Shown in pieces: positions 13,201-23,849 of a DNA stretch of 64,000 nt. How positions within the stretch are numbered: the stretch's first letter is position 1; each line of letters starts with the position of its first letter. The notes under the pieces were generated by a model, which did not search any database, was not told the origin of the DNA, and saw only the letters and a list, made by a program, of their open reading frames with translations. Made by a program: the position numbers and the translations under genes. Where the stretch lies: assembly GCA_907165135.1 (NCBI GenBank), contig OU015567.1:9486001-9550000 (forward strand), given 5' to 3'. Origin of the DNA: Oikopleura dioica (taxonomy: Eukaryota; Animalia; Chordata).

Positions 13201-16200
13201 TTGATCATGTTCGACCTCAATGGGCTGACGAAGCAGCTGAACCTTTCGAAATTCCCTTAGATGGGAACACAAAAGTAAGGATCAATGACGCGTAAGCTTA
13301 GTATGACATATCCTTATATCCGGTTGTAACGGAAGTGACATAAGTTTTTAAAGTTTCAGATCCAGTTGAGTGGAGCAAAGAATATCGATGTTGTTGTTCA
13401 CTCAGTTTGCAGCCATGGATTTCAGCGAATATTCGTCGAGTCTTCGGTTATAATTGAAAACATGACCTCCAAAGTTCTTCAATTCGAGACCGAGAATTCT
13501 AAAACGATCGCGAACCCAAAACTAAACGAAAGAGACGATCAATCATTTAGGATCTGCATTCCTAGTCAGTCGGACCATCATGTATCTCTAAATATAGGCG
13601 ACAAAAAGATTGCGACATTCTCAACAGACGAGTGCAATAAAGGAACTAAATCGATAATGCTCGAAAATCCCCCGCTTTATCATCACGACTGGGCAATAAT
13701 TCAAATCGAGAAAGAAAATGACTTTCAAAGAAAAATTCTCATCAGGGAATTGACCATAGAATGCCCTCCAAGATACGTGGTTTATAACGACTCTTTGGTA
13801 ACACTGTACATCACGGGTGCTTCTACAAATAATCACAAAAATATCGCGCTGGAACCTAAAATGACCATTTTCTACCATCCTTCGAATCAGGAAAGGATCC
13901 TTTATTATCCGTTAAATTTTCCATTCCCGCAGGCGCTAACGTTGAGACTCTCAACTTAAGAGCACTAAAACGGATCCTATCAAAGTCATCGAATGAAAAT
14001 AGTCAGCTTGTCGAGCCAAAGATTAAGTTAGCATGTGGTGGAATAGTTCAGCTAATTCCATTGGCTCTTGGCAAATATGGAATGAGACTGACGGATGTTT
14101 CTCTGGTGATAGAAGTGGAAGAAAAGTGTAGGAATCAGCGGAGGATTAGCATTTCAGAATTCCGAGTCGATTCTAAACGGGCGAATTCGTCAAAAATGGT
14201 TATTGCTAGAAGAGGAAGGCAGGGGTTAACATGAGTTAAAGTTCAATTTCTCGTCCGAAACAACTCGCTTTTTAATAAAAGTTTTTATATCAAATATACT
14301 TAATTAAGAAGAATTTAGGCTTCCCTCATGTTTTAATCCGTGTTTAGGCTCACCTTTGATAGCTTCTCTTTCACTTTGTCAAACAAAGGTCCGATTTTAT
14401 CAACAAATCTCTCAAAACTTGACCTTCAAATGGAAACCAGCCATGCCGAGACATACAGACTTGTTATCCTCCTAGACGGTGGTCTAACTGTTGAAAATTC
14501 AAAGTTTGGAACGAATGGTCTTTTCAAATACAGAAATGTATTACAGATAAATGACGGATCGACATTTCAAGCAGAACTTGTGCTTTCTAATGGAAACTGG
14601 TTGAAGAGCCTCGACTTAAAATTACCGAAAATTTCGATCTCAGTCGAAGGAAATTTGAAAATTTTTCAATGAACAAGGTTGTTCATACTTTATAAACATT
14701 AAAAATAATTCTCAAATTATCAAAGATGTTTTTGTTTTAAAGATGCTCGATGAACTAAGCACGCTAATTGAAATGTCAAATGTACCAGTCAACACTACTA
14801 AAAAGGGATCTTTTTCTAATGAAGAACAATTTATTTTCATGGAACATTTGTCAATTGACGAGACAGAGATTGAAGTATCAGCAAAGTCAAATTATGTTAT
14901 CAGTCTCGCTGCTGATAAATCCCGCATAACTTTGAAGAAATATGAAACTGGGCCTTTCAGTGGGTACTCAAAGGAGCTTGTTGACCAGTTGGCAAGCCAT
15001 TATTTGTACCAAGTGATCAGGCAGGCTGGCTGGTTTCTTGGTGGACTTGAGGCATTTGGCTCGCCAGGCAATTTCATTCGGGGGCTGAGTGCTGGGATCG
15101 TTGACTTCATCACTCTTCCCGTAAAAGGAATACAAAATGGCCCCCTTGGAGTTATACGAGGGGCAGCTGATGGCACTAAGAGTCTAGTCAAGAACGTTTC
15201 CTATTCATTTTTATCCTCGATTACGAATATTGCTGACTCAGTGTCGACAAACGCAGAACTACTCGCGCTGGACAGCCATACGTCCGACTCCTTAAGTTCC
15301 TTAAATCTTCGGGATCCAGTTTCCTCCGTCAATGGTCAACTCAAGAGTCTGGGCATGACGCTCTTGGGATCAGTCGCAGGAGTTGTGCAGCATCCGATAA
15401 ATGCGGCCCTGGAGGAAAATGCTGATTCAGGAAAGTGGATGTTTCTTTTTTTTATTGACTCATAATTTTGTTCTTAGCTTTTCCAGTAGAGCGTTGCGTA
15501 TCTGCTGGAATCATTTTTTCCCATCGAATAAGTCGGACTTGCATGAGAACACTATGAACAAGAATGAACCAAAATCAATGCAGAGACACACTTTTTGACT
15601 CCAGTCGCGTCACTAAATCTGCACATTCAGTTTTAATGAATATAAATAGATAAATTCTACAAATAAAAATTCCTCAAAAAAGCTCTTCTCAAATCCGGCA
15701 AGGTCGCCTTCGCTGCCGGACGCGGACTTGCCGGCTTATTTCTTCAACCTGTTGGTGGACTGAGCAAAGTTATTGCTAAAACAGGATCCAGCCTCCTTGC
15801 ATCAAATCAATCGAATGTCCGGACGATTCCCCGCTCTTTCAGGAAAAGAGTTTCGCCCAACTTTATAGAAAAGGCACTTGGACTTAAATTACTGACTGCT
15901 GAACGATGCCAGCTACTGAAAGAAAGGAAAAAAGGGTGGGTTTTGGTTTCAAGACATGGTGTGTGTATCCTACTTGACGGCGACTCTGTTTCTTTTGCTA
16001 CATTTACGATTAGCCAAATCGAGGTTCGTCACTCGTCGAAAAACGGAAAATCTATCATTTCTCTATCTACGTCTGGTCTGGTCCGGGCAACTTCTCGTGT
16101 TCAAGATTACTTGAATCATCACACGATACATGATAACGTTCCCGAGAACGAGCAACAATTTTCAGCTGAAAAGGAAACCTCAGGAAATCTTACCGATAAA

Positions 16201-16299
16201 ATAGAGCTTGAAATAAGCGAAAGTTCGATCGAGAACTTCATCGCTTCCATAAATATACTAAAAGCTCAAGCTGCTTCCCTCGGGTTTCATGTTTTATGA
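1257..16299 (+). CDS. VPS13B: Vacuolar protein sorting 13B (Cohen syndrome protein orthologue), multi-exon bridge-like lipid transfer protein
   Basis: The spliced N-terminus MLRLESYVAPFLTSYLK|RFIRNLTSEDLKLSIWSGEVVLANLEMRLDVLEAELKLPF..GHIHELRINIPW matches the chorein-N of VPS13B. Further matches are PGYLESLLLKIGNNVDVEIQNLILKYVENDIVLSVNI and RSPSGQISYYEEPVIYRC..SEQQLPMLLRLSELGMALYYG. The C-terminal region LGGLEAFGSPGNFIRGLSAGIVDFITLP is typical of VPS13. Stop at 16297-16299. Not every internal junction was resolved. Confidence 0.95.
5030..6647 (-). CDS. Heparan-sulfate glucosamine 3-O-sulfotransferase-like type II Golgi enzyme, nested antisense in a VPS13B intron
   Basis: N-terminal TM segment (FVIISSFINLFLVGYFFL); KRLPSVIITGVMKCGTTAVANFL (PAPS 5'-PSB motif); EPNFF; YDKGFTYYRSLFP; WFEKSAEYY; VCDNARRTMSRY (3'-PB-like); GFYAVFYLRWLQYF; QILVVDG; WCVGGEKGRT. 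ATG at 6647, TAA at 5030-5032. Confidence 0.88.
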
Positions 16300-16453
16300 G
16301 ATCATAGAAAAAAACTCTGAAGACTTCTATTTTTCTGTATTTCATATATTTTCAGCCATATCAGTTCTTGAAAACATATCATTGTGCAATAAATCAAAGA
16401 CAATCTTATTTTTCTGTTTTTATTGGATGGCAGATCAGTTGATTTTTGCAAAT

Positions 16454-16738
16454 CTAAGCACCGCCTAGATAATTCACGTAAGAGAGTCGACGACGAACTT
16501 TTTCAAGATCTTTTGGTTCGTCGACTTTGTTTACTATCATGAATCGGCCAAGGTAGCTCATTAATTCCTCGTCGCAGTTGTTGTCGCAGTGGACCGTAAC
16601 CTTAGGAAAGACTGGCCATCCTTCATCAAGTTGGCTGTGGTACATTCGGAAGGAGTGCGTCCGAGCGTTGTTCAGCCCTCGGTTGAACGAAATGCTGTCG
16701 CCAAGAGCCGCTGAAAGAAGAAGAACATTAACGAGCAT
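16454..16738 (-). CDS. Intronless 94-aa secreted peptide/precursor, paralogue A (SFNRGLNNARTH; C-x3-C; C-terminal RRRL)
   Basis: ATG start, hydrophobic signal-like N-terminus, upstream TATA-like element and clear similarity to 23351-23632. Confidence 0.8.
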   Translation of the reverse strand: MLVNVLLLSAALGDSISFNRGLNNARTHSFRMYHSQLDEGWPVFPKVTVHCDNNCDEELMSYLGRFMIVNKVDEPKDLEKVRRRLSYVNYLGGA

Positions 16739-16859
16739 CGTGAGTAGCTTGTTCTTAGTTCTTTCTTGTCGGAAACAAGTCGTTGATCTGCGAACAGTAT
16801 TGAAGAAGTCAAGCTTATATTTAATTCCAAATTGTAGAGGGCATAGACGAGCACGTCGG

Positions 16860-16870
16860 AGATGGCGCTA
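16860..16870 (-). promoter_or_regulatory. TAGCGCCATCT element upstream of peptide gene A
   Basis: The identical 11-mer lies at 23241-23251 upstream of the paralogue. It sits about 40 nt upstream of a TATA-like sequence. Confidence 0.55.
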
Positions 16871-17106
16871 CAGTTTGTGATTAATTCTCGGCAGTCTGGC
16901 AAAAAAGGAAGATTTCAATTGAATGCGGCATTCAGAATGCCCTTGTATCGATCATTTTTCTTTTGTAAAGTACGAAATCTTCCCTTTTGAATGAAACCAT
17001 TATAGAATACTTATTACATAATTTTTTTCGTAAATTATTGATTCTAGCTATTTAACGAAATTCGATAGTCATATGAATTTAAAGTTTATCAACGATAAGT
17101 TATTAA

Positions 17107-18049
17107 CCTTAGCCGGCCAAAGTGTTATTTCTGACCCTACCGGCCAAATGCACCATGAGTGGTACATCACCTGCTTTTATTCTTGAAAAAATCAACTCAA
17201 AGTCTCTTACGTTCGTCTTTGGGTTTGTAACAAACCGTTTGTTTTTGGGTTCTTGGTTAGGGTTCGGATTTGGATATTAGTTTGTGTTTGGGTTGGGGTG
17301 CGGGGTGCGAGTTTTTTGAAATCATCATGGGTTTCAGCATCAGATCAAGTCCTTCAATTCGAAGAAGGAGACTATTCTAGGGTTCGCAATGAAAAAATTT
17401 TATTCACTTGAAAATATTTATTTCAATATTGCTTTTATCATAATTTTGTCTCCCTCAGTGTGAGCGCTATCAGCTATCATGTTGATCAGCTTTAGAATAA
17501 GACAAATACGCATACATATTAACTTCAAAAAGTTCATTTCAAAATTACACTAGTTAAAAATTGACCACATCATGCTTAGGTTGCAAAAAAATGCCGTTTT
17601 TCTTTCCCTTGTGTTTTGCGAACGAAAAATGATATGAAAAATCTGATTTCAGATTTGAAATCAGGATGGCCGAATTAATATCTAAATTTATTCGAATTTT
17701 AAGAATTTACCCAATTACGTCCCTCGAATTTTTCATTGCGAACCCTAGACTATTCGGCCAATTTTTCGGAAAAATACTGCCTACCGGCCAAGAGCACCAT
17801 CACTGATGGTCCATCAGTGGTGTCGGCGCCATTGTAGCAATGCACCATACATGGTGCATGCAGTTATTCTCAAAACAAGCCTTTTTCCGAACCCTAACCC
17901 TAACCAAGAGTAGTCGAAAGGTAACCTATGGGTAGCTAATCGATAAAGCCCTACAGTTTCTTCCGTTTTTCGAAACTCAAAATCACTTCGGTGGGAGACG
18001 TAATTCTTTGACCCCTGTTCCATTGATGGTGCACTCTGGCCGGCTAAGG
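17107..18049. mobile_element. Non-autonomous piggyBac-type MITE (943 bp)
   Basis: TIRs CCTTAGCCGGCCA(A/G)AGTG at both ends, flanked by TTAA (17103-17106, 18050-18053). Internal subterminal CCGGCCAA..GCACCAT repeats and AACCCT-type repeats. No transposase ORF. Confidence 0.88.
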
Positions 18050-18692
18050 TTAATTGACATCATTTTGACGTTTCGAAATATGTGGAATATATGATATCAT
18101 ATGCCGCATATGATATGCGTATCATCTAGTACGATATGCTAGCATGGAGTCTCAGAATTGATAATCTGAAAGATTCACTGACTTTAGGCTTTTTTTCATA
18201 TAACGTAAAGGGCCATTTCCAAAAAATGGGTCGATATGCGTTCCGTCGAATAAATGTTCATTTCAAGTGTCCCCTCTTAATCGATTAATAGTAAAATTTA
18301 AAAAGATAAGTGACTTGTAAGTAAGTTCCATTATGGAACAGTAATGAATATAATTTCCCGTTCGTCTGCTCAGTTTACATGAGTACAACTTTCGGCACAG
18401 TTAAGAGAGTAGATTAATATGAAGCCGGAGCCGGCTGAGTCTGTTGGCTAAATTGAATAACGAATAATCGGAGATTTGCACACGAATAAGCATTTATTGA
18501 TTAATTTAATGCGTGTTCTTTGATACACAGAAGATCAAATTAAAAGCACGAAGAAATTACCCGATTGAGAGAATAGAAAATACAAATCATGAGTGGGCAC
18601 AGCCTTTGTCAGGCAAAATGAATTCGGTTTGATTTTTAAATCTGAATTCATTTAGGTCATATTTGGTGTTTCAGCTACATTGCCGTCGAGGG

Positions 18693-20344
18693 CAGGGCTG
18701 GTAAATTAGCGCACTATTTTCTCTCGAAGAGAAAAAAATTTGCGCACTAATTTTTTTTTCGAGTCATTTTTGCGTCTTTCGCGTCTTTAGTGCGCTAAAA
18801 TGACACTAATTTTTCCTCTCGGAAATTTTCGCGTCTTTTCGAGAGCTGATCAGCGCTAAAGACGCGAAAAAAGAGGCTCTTTTCATTATCCAATGGGCTC
18901 TTCCCGGATGACAGTCTCATGGAAGACGATTTTGATCAGGGAAGAATTTCTTCAAACTGAAACTTTTTCGCAGTTTCAAATTGAAACTTTCAATCATCAA
19001 TGCATCGTAAATATGTAGGCCTCGGACGTAAAAAAGACGATTTTCACCATCCGGTCATTGTACGGGAACATGAGAGGGCTCATTCGAAAGGTCTTGATAA
19101 GGGCTTTCTATTTGACCGATAAAAAAACTGGGCCCTCCCTTTCAATTTAATTTTAAAAAAATTTCTTATTTAGTAACAAATAAGTTGAAAAGAATAAAAG
19201 TCAACTTTTGTTTGAAATTCTCTCTGTCAAGCATTTAAATGATGAGCTAAGATAAGCTCTGTTAGGGAGGTCTTCTCCCTATTTTTTTTTTATCGCTGGG
19301 CCATCCGCAGCTGGATCTTCCTGCTTCATTAATTTTCTTAATTTTTTGCCTTTCTTCTTCTTGTCGTCGTCCGACAACTTCTCATCGCTGTCCTCAAGGA
19401 AGCTAGAGCAGCCTTGACAGATACGTTCTACTTCGAGGTCTTAGAGCTCTTCTGAGCATCTTTATATAATTCTCTATTCACAGAATCATATTTATTTGAT
19501 AATTTAGAAGGGAGGTCTCCTCCCAAATTCACGCTAAGTTGATAACTGCTAATGAAGAACTCCTCTCAAAGTTGTTTATGTTTCATATTATAATATTTCT
19601 ATTGTATTTATATTATTATAAGGTAAGCATGAACTTGGGAGAAGATCTTCCTTCTCAATTATAAAATATATTTCATTTTGTTAATTAAGAATTATATTAA
19701 CAACTCGCACAAAGCTGCTCCAGCTTCAGACTATTGAGGACATCGAAGATAAGTTGTCGAACGACGACAAGAAGACGAATGGCAAGAAAGGGAAAAGGCA
19801 GGAAGAACAAGCTGCGGATGGCCCTTCAAAAAAAAATTAGGGAGAAGACCTCCCTAAGAAAGCTAATCTTAGGCGAAGAGTCTAAGCTTATCATAATGAT
19901 AAGCTGAATTTCAAATCTAGCACAGAAAGAGTTGCAAACAAAAGTTGAATTATATTTTTCCCTGTATAATATAGCCTATATTATATAGTCTATATTTGTT
20001 TCTTTATATTTATAAATAAAATTAACAAATGGATTGATAAAGTCTTTTTTGACTTCATATTAGAAATTCACGCCCTCTATTACCCTATCCACTTTATTGA
20101 AACCAAACTTTTTGAAATTCTAGTTCAGACGAAGTTTGAAATTCTCAAACTTACGTAGTCTTCAGAATTAAAGAGCCCGCGCTCATTGGCGGGCCAATCA
20201 GCAGCCCTTATTTTCGACAGTTTTCGAGACACACGCGAAAGGCACGCGAAAGTCGCTAAAAGTCTCGACAAAATAAATTCGCGCACTAATTTTAGCGCAC
20301 TTAAAATTTTCGACAGAATTTAGGACGCGAATTTACCAGCCCTG
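18693..20344. mobile_element. Non-autonomous hAT-type DNA transposon (1652 bp)
   Basis: TIR CAGGGCTGGTAAATT / AATTTACCAGCCCTG; perfect 8-bp TSD GTCGAGGG (18685-18692, 20345-20352); subterminal GCGCACTAA and CGCGTCTTT-type repeats. Confidence 0.92.
19190..19950. repeat. Long imperfect inverted repeat (foldback) inside the hAT element; arms about 19190-19530 and 19625-19950
   Basis: Arms match in reverse complement, e.g. TCTTGTCGTCGTCCGACAACTT vs AAGTTGTCGAACGACGACAAGA, and GGGCCATCCGCAGCT vs AGCTGCGGATGGCCC. A GGGAG-N5-CTCCC-type mini-hairpin occurs four times. Confidence 0.8.
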
Positions 20345-20960
20345 GTCGAGGGTTAGATTCATCAAGAATATTTAATCATGAAAACGAATCATGAATCGAC
20401 TAAATTTGACGAAAAATATTTTTATAGAAATTTATGGAAGCTTATTATAATGAAACATTTGTGATTTATCCCCCGGTAGATAATGTATATAATCTGTTAT
20501 TTTCTTCATCTATTTCTGCTCGAGGCTTACCGTTCCGGATTCGAAAAGGGGCACTGAATGTGACCTATTCAATTTGATAAATAAAATCCGTAAAAAGTTC
20601 AACCCAGCCGAAGAACACCAAGAAGGCAAGAAAAAAAGCATTGGTCGTCGAAAATCGCCATACGATAAGTTTGACTTTGCTCGAGTGATAGTTTTGCAAT
20701 ACCCCTTTCACCATAAATTCACTCTCTCAAAATAAACCAAAAAGATCAGTAACTGACTTGTAAGAGAGAACGTGTATCGCAAGATTTGTGAGGTAGAAAG
20801 CCAATGAGTACTGTACATCTTAAATTAGCAGAAGTCGCTAATGAACCTTGACCTCAACATGCAACCACAAGTGATGATCGGTTCCAGCAGCGTGGATTAT
20901 TGTAGGGATTTGATTTTTTCGTCGCTGAGGAAATTTATTTGTGACGCTTGACGAGTTACC

Positions 20961-21598
20961 ATGGATCGGTAGGGTCTATTTTAGAATTTTTTGACTAATT
21001 TTCAATTTCGAAGATCAAACAGAAAAACCAAGCGAGAGGAAATTAGAGATTTGCAGAGATACAAAGATATTGGCTATTTGACCTCCTTGGTCAAGGACCG
21101 GCAAGATAGACAGGTAAAAATGAGGTCATGATTTCCTTCCCTTGACTAAGTCTATCTTAGCATGTATCAAATGTTTCGATGTACAAAGATATCGGTCATA
21201 TGTTTCGACGAGCAACGAAGCTATTCGATCGCGTCACTGCCGTTAATAAGGTAAATCAGAATACTTTAACATAAGAGTAGATGCGCACGCATTCATCTGA
21301 GAACTTTACTCTTGGGAACATAATGTGACATTATTAATGTCCTCGAGAATTGACGTAAAAATGAGAATAAATGATGAATTTTAGGAGTCGAAAAAGAGCT
21401 CATACAATGTGCGCGAGCTGATCGAACGAGCAAAATCTACATATAAAAAAGTTGGTAAGTTGCTTGGTAGTCAAATGAAGATTTGTAATAATAACGGGAC
21501 CTTATTTAGATGACATTCTTTCCAGACCAGATGTGAAAAAGATGCGATGTGTAAGCGCAGAGACGACCCTGTCACAGTATCGAAATTTCTTCAAATGA
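20961..21598 (+). CDS. Orphan 5-exon gene, about 119-aa basic protein (MDRSNRKTKREEIRDLQRYKDIGYLTSLVKDRQDRQHVSNVSMYKDIGHMFRRATKLFDRVTAVNKESKKSSYNVRELIERAKSTYKKVDDILSRPDVKKMRCVSAETTLSQYRNFFK)
   Basis: Four phase-compatible GT-AG introns join AT-poorer exons into one open frame from ATG 20961 to TGA 21596-21598. Absent from the ORF track because each exon is short. Confidence 0.75.
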
Positions 21599-21904
21599 TT
21601 TCTTACTGTCTTTCTTCACTTCCAAATACACGAAAGTAAAGAAGTATTGCTATAATCTAATTTGAACTTGAAAATTGTTCGACTGATTAACCAACAATAT
21701 ATTTATGTTACATTACTTATGTCACATAAGTTATGTGACTTAAGTATTGTGAGAAAGGTGAACGAAGTTTAAGCCTGCCTTTCATTTTTTGACAAGCATT
21801 CTCTCTCATGGTATATGCTTTTGTCGGGAATGACGACTCAGTTCGTTGCGACTAGGCTCGTGGGACTAAGTTCGTGGAGGGGGTTATGCCGCATAACTTA
21901 TGCC

Positions 21905-22536
21905 TAGGGATTCTCACGGAAAAACAAATTGTACTCAATTTTCGTGAAACTTTCCGTCTAGATGTAATTTTTTCCGCTGATTCTAAATATGCAAAAATCA
22001 TTGTGAAATTCTGAAGAAGTGGCAAGCTATAGCCGATAAGGTCGCTAGGTGGTAAGCCCTAGTATTTGCTTCGTTTTGGAAGTAATCCTTCACTATGAGT
22101 CGGCTAATTCTTAGCAAACGGGTAGCTTACCACTTCCGGGAACTTTTTTGTTCAGATAACCCGCCGTTATTTGTGACAGATTTCCTACAGTAGGTCAAAG
22201 TGTGCACCCCGGGACCTTTGAAAGCCTTCTAGTTTCTCCCCGGTCTTCAAACTTTAACAGACTCTAGAAAAACGTCTGTTCTTTGACATATCTCAAAATC
22301 AGAGATTCAGAAGGTCGGTTAGACACATAGAGAGCAGGTTTTCTTTGGATTTTCGTAAAAACTACGCTTTTTTTATGAAAATTTAAGTTTTTGAGGTCAA
22401 TTTATGAACAAGCGTCATCTTTTTCCATATATTCAGAGGTTTTTCAATGAGATTCTGTCAAGTTACGCGAAATAGATTGCCATCATTTTGCGCGAGAAGC
22501 GCCTCGCCGCGCGCCGTTTTTCCGTGAGAATCCCTA
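21905..22536. mobile_element. Non-autonomous hAT-type MITE (632 bp)
   Basis: TIR TAGGGATTCTCACGGAAAAAC / GTTTTTCCGTGAGAATCCCTA; perfect 8-bp TSD CTTATGCC (21897-21904, 22537-22544). Confidence 0.92.
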
Positions 22537-22573
22537 CTTATGCCAGACTATTGAAAAGGGGGTATATTATATA

Positions 22574-22973
22574 TTACAGCTTATAAACAATATAACGCGT
22601 GATCCAATTTGACAATGTCACATTGAGATTGTCTATAGCGATCGTGACGTACACTGGAACGGATTCTTCATTATTTCCGGATGTAAATGCTAGTAGACGA
22701 GTGCCACGCTCGTGAAATTCTCTGTAGCAAATGCGTATAGATTCCGGAATTAATTAAAATTAACGCGAATCTCCTCATCGGGTAGAGTTTGAGATCATGT
22801 GATCAAAGAGATGAGCACGAACTTAACGAAATACTATTGATTCTGGAGTTTATTAACATGATAAAATTCTTTACCCTGTAAAGAAAGTTCTCCAGAAGAC
22901 TTATATTTTTCTCTATGCTTACTTCGATTCTAGCCGCAAAGGAGTCATCCGCCGATCGAAAGATTCGTGCCAT
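22574..22973 (-). pseudogene. Possible degraded or short spliced gene (exon-like pieces MARIFRSADDSFAARIE|GKEFYHV.. and ..MRRFA|EFHERGTRLLAFTSGNNEESVPVYVTIAIDNLNVTLSNWITRYIVYKL*)
   Basis: One 47-nt GTAAGC..CAG intron and a second GT..CAG intron of similar size, but no single stop-free frame links all pieces. Confidence 0.25.
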
Positions 22974-23240
22974 CCAATAACTTAAGAATAAAGACAAGTT
23001 TAAAAACTAATTATTTATAGGAGCATTCCTCTGCTCCAGCGTTAAGTTCAGGAGCCCTTATTTAAGGCACTACCCCTTGAGACTCAAGGCTTGAGTACCT
23101 TGGTATTATCGCTTAGAAAGTAAAACATTCGTAAAAGACGAATCATTATCAGTAATTATAAGGAAAAAGACCCTTACTGCACCTTACGAACCAGTAAATT
23201 CAAAAAGGCACGAGAGCGCTATCAATATTTTCTTTAGCTC

Positions 23241-23275
23241 TAGCGCCATCTTTGGAATAAACTCTAGTATATAAA
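23241..23275 (+). promoter_or_regulatory. TAGCGCCATCT element plus TATATAAA box upstream of peptide gene B
   Basis: Shares the 11-mer and a TTTGGAAT 8-mer with the upstream region of paralogue A. Confidence 0.55.
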
Positions 23276-23350
23276 CACGCGAAAATAAAAGAAGCCATCT
23301 GACTTTGAGAAAGTTCTAAAATCGGGAACATCTGCTTTTCCTACCGAAAA

Positions 23351-23632
23351 ATGAAAGTCGCTAAATTCAGCTCTTTTGTTTTGACCGTCTTTGGCGACGC
23401 ACTTAGCTTCAATCGCGGATTGAACAACGGTCGAACCCACTTGCTTCGATCTCAGGAAACCCCGAATCCGATGGCATTTCGCTGTGCTCGATCTGATGAT
23501 TGTACTCTTGAAGAGTACATGGCAATTGCTCATCTCAATCGAATTCAAGGAAATCAACGAAGAGAGCGCACCCACAATGGCAACTTCAATCGAAAGCGGC
23601 TCTACCGACAAAAGATGATGGGTCGCTATTAA
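23351..23632 (+). CDS. Intronless 93-aa secreted peptide/precursor, paralogue B (SFNRGLNNGRTH; C-x5-C; C-terminal RKRL)
   Basis: ATG start, signal-like N-terminus, TATA box about 80 nt upstream; GDALSFNRGLNNGRTH is nearly identical to GDSISFNRGLNNARTH of paralogue A. Confidence 0.8.
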   Translation: MKVAKFSSFVLTVFGDALSFNRGLNNGRTHLLRSQETPNPMAFRCARSDDCTLEEYMAIAHLNRIQGNQRRERTHNGNFNRKRLYRQKMMGRY

Positions 23633-23849
23633 ACGACTTGCTTTGATATATGCTCCTGAAAATATTTCAATCTGAAAAAAATTAGAAAAATATAATTCAC
23701 AAAAAAACAGAAATCACCTTTTGCTTGTACATTTTGTTAGTTTATTTTTGAAACTCAATTGGGATACCCAAAAAACGTTTCCAGGTCCTCACCAAACACA
23801 GGTCCAAGATCTATGATCACTAATTCTTAGCAGGTGAGGTTGTTTTCTG

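Noticed and set aside
2628-15191. Minus-strand ORFs at 2628, 3804, 7019, 12132, 13621 and 15000
   Set aside because: Antisense shadows of VPS13B exons with no independent gene signals.
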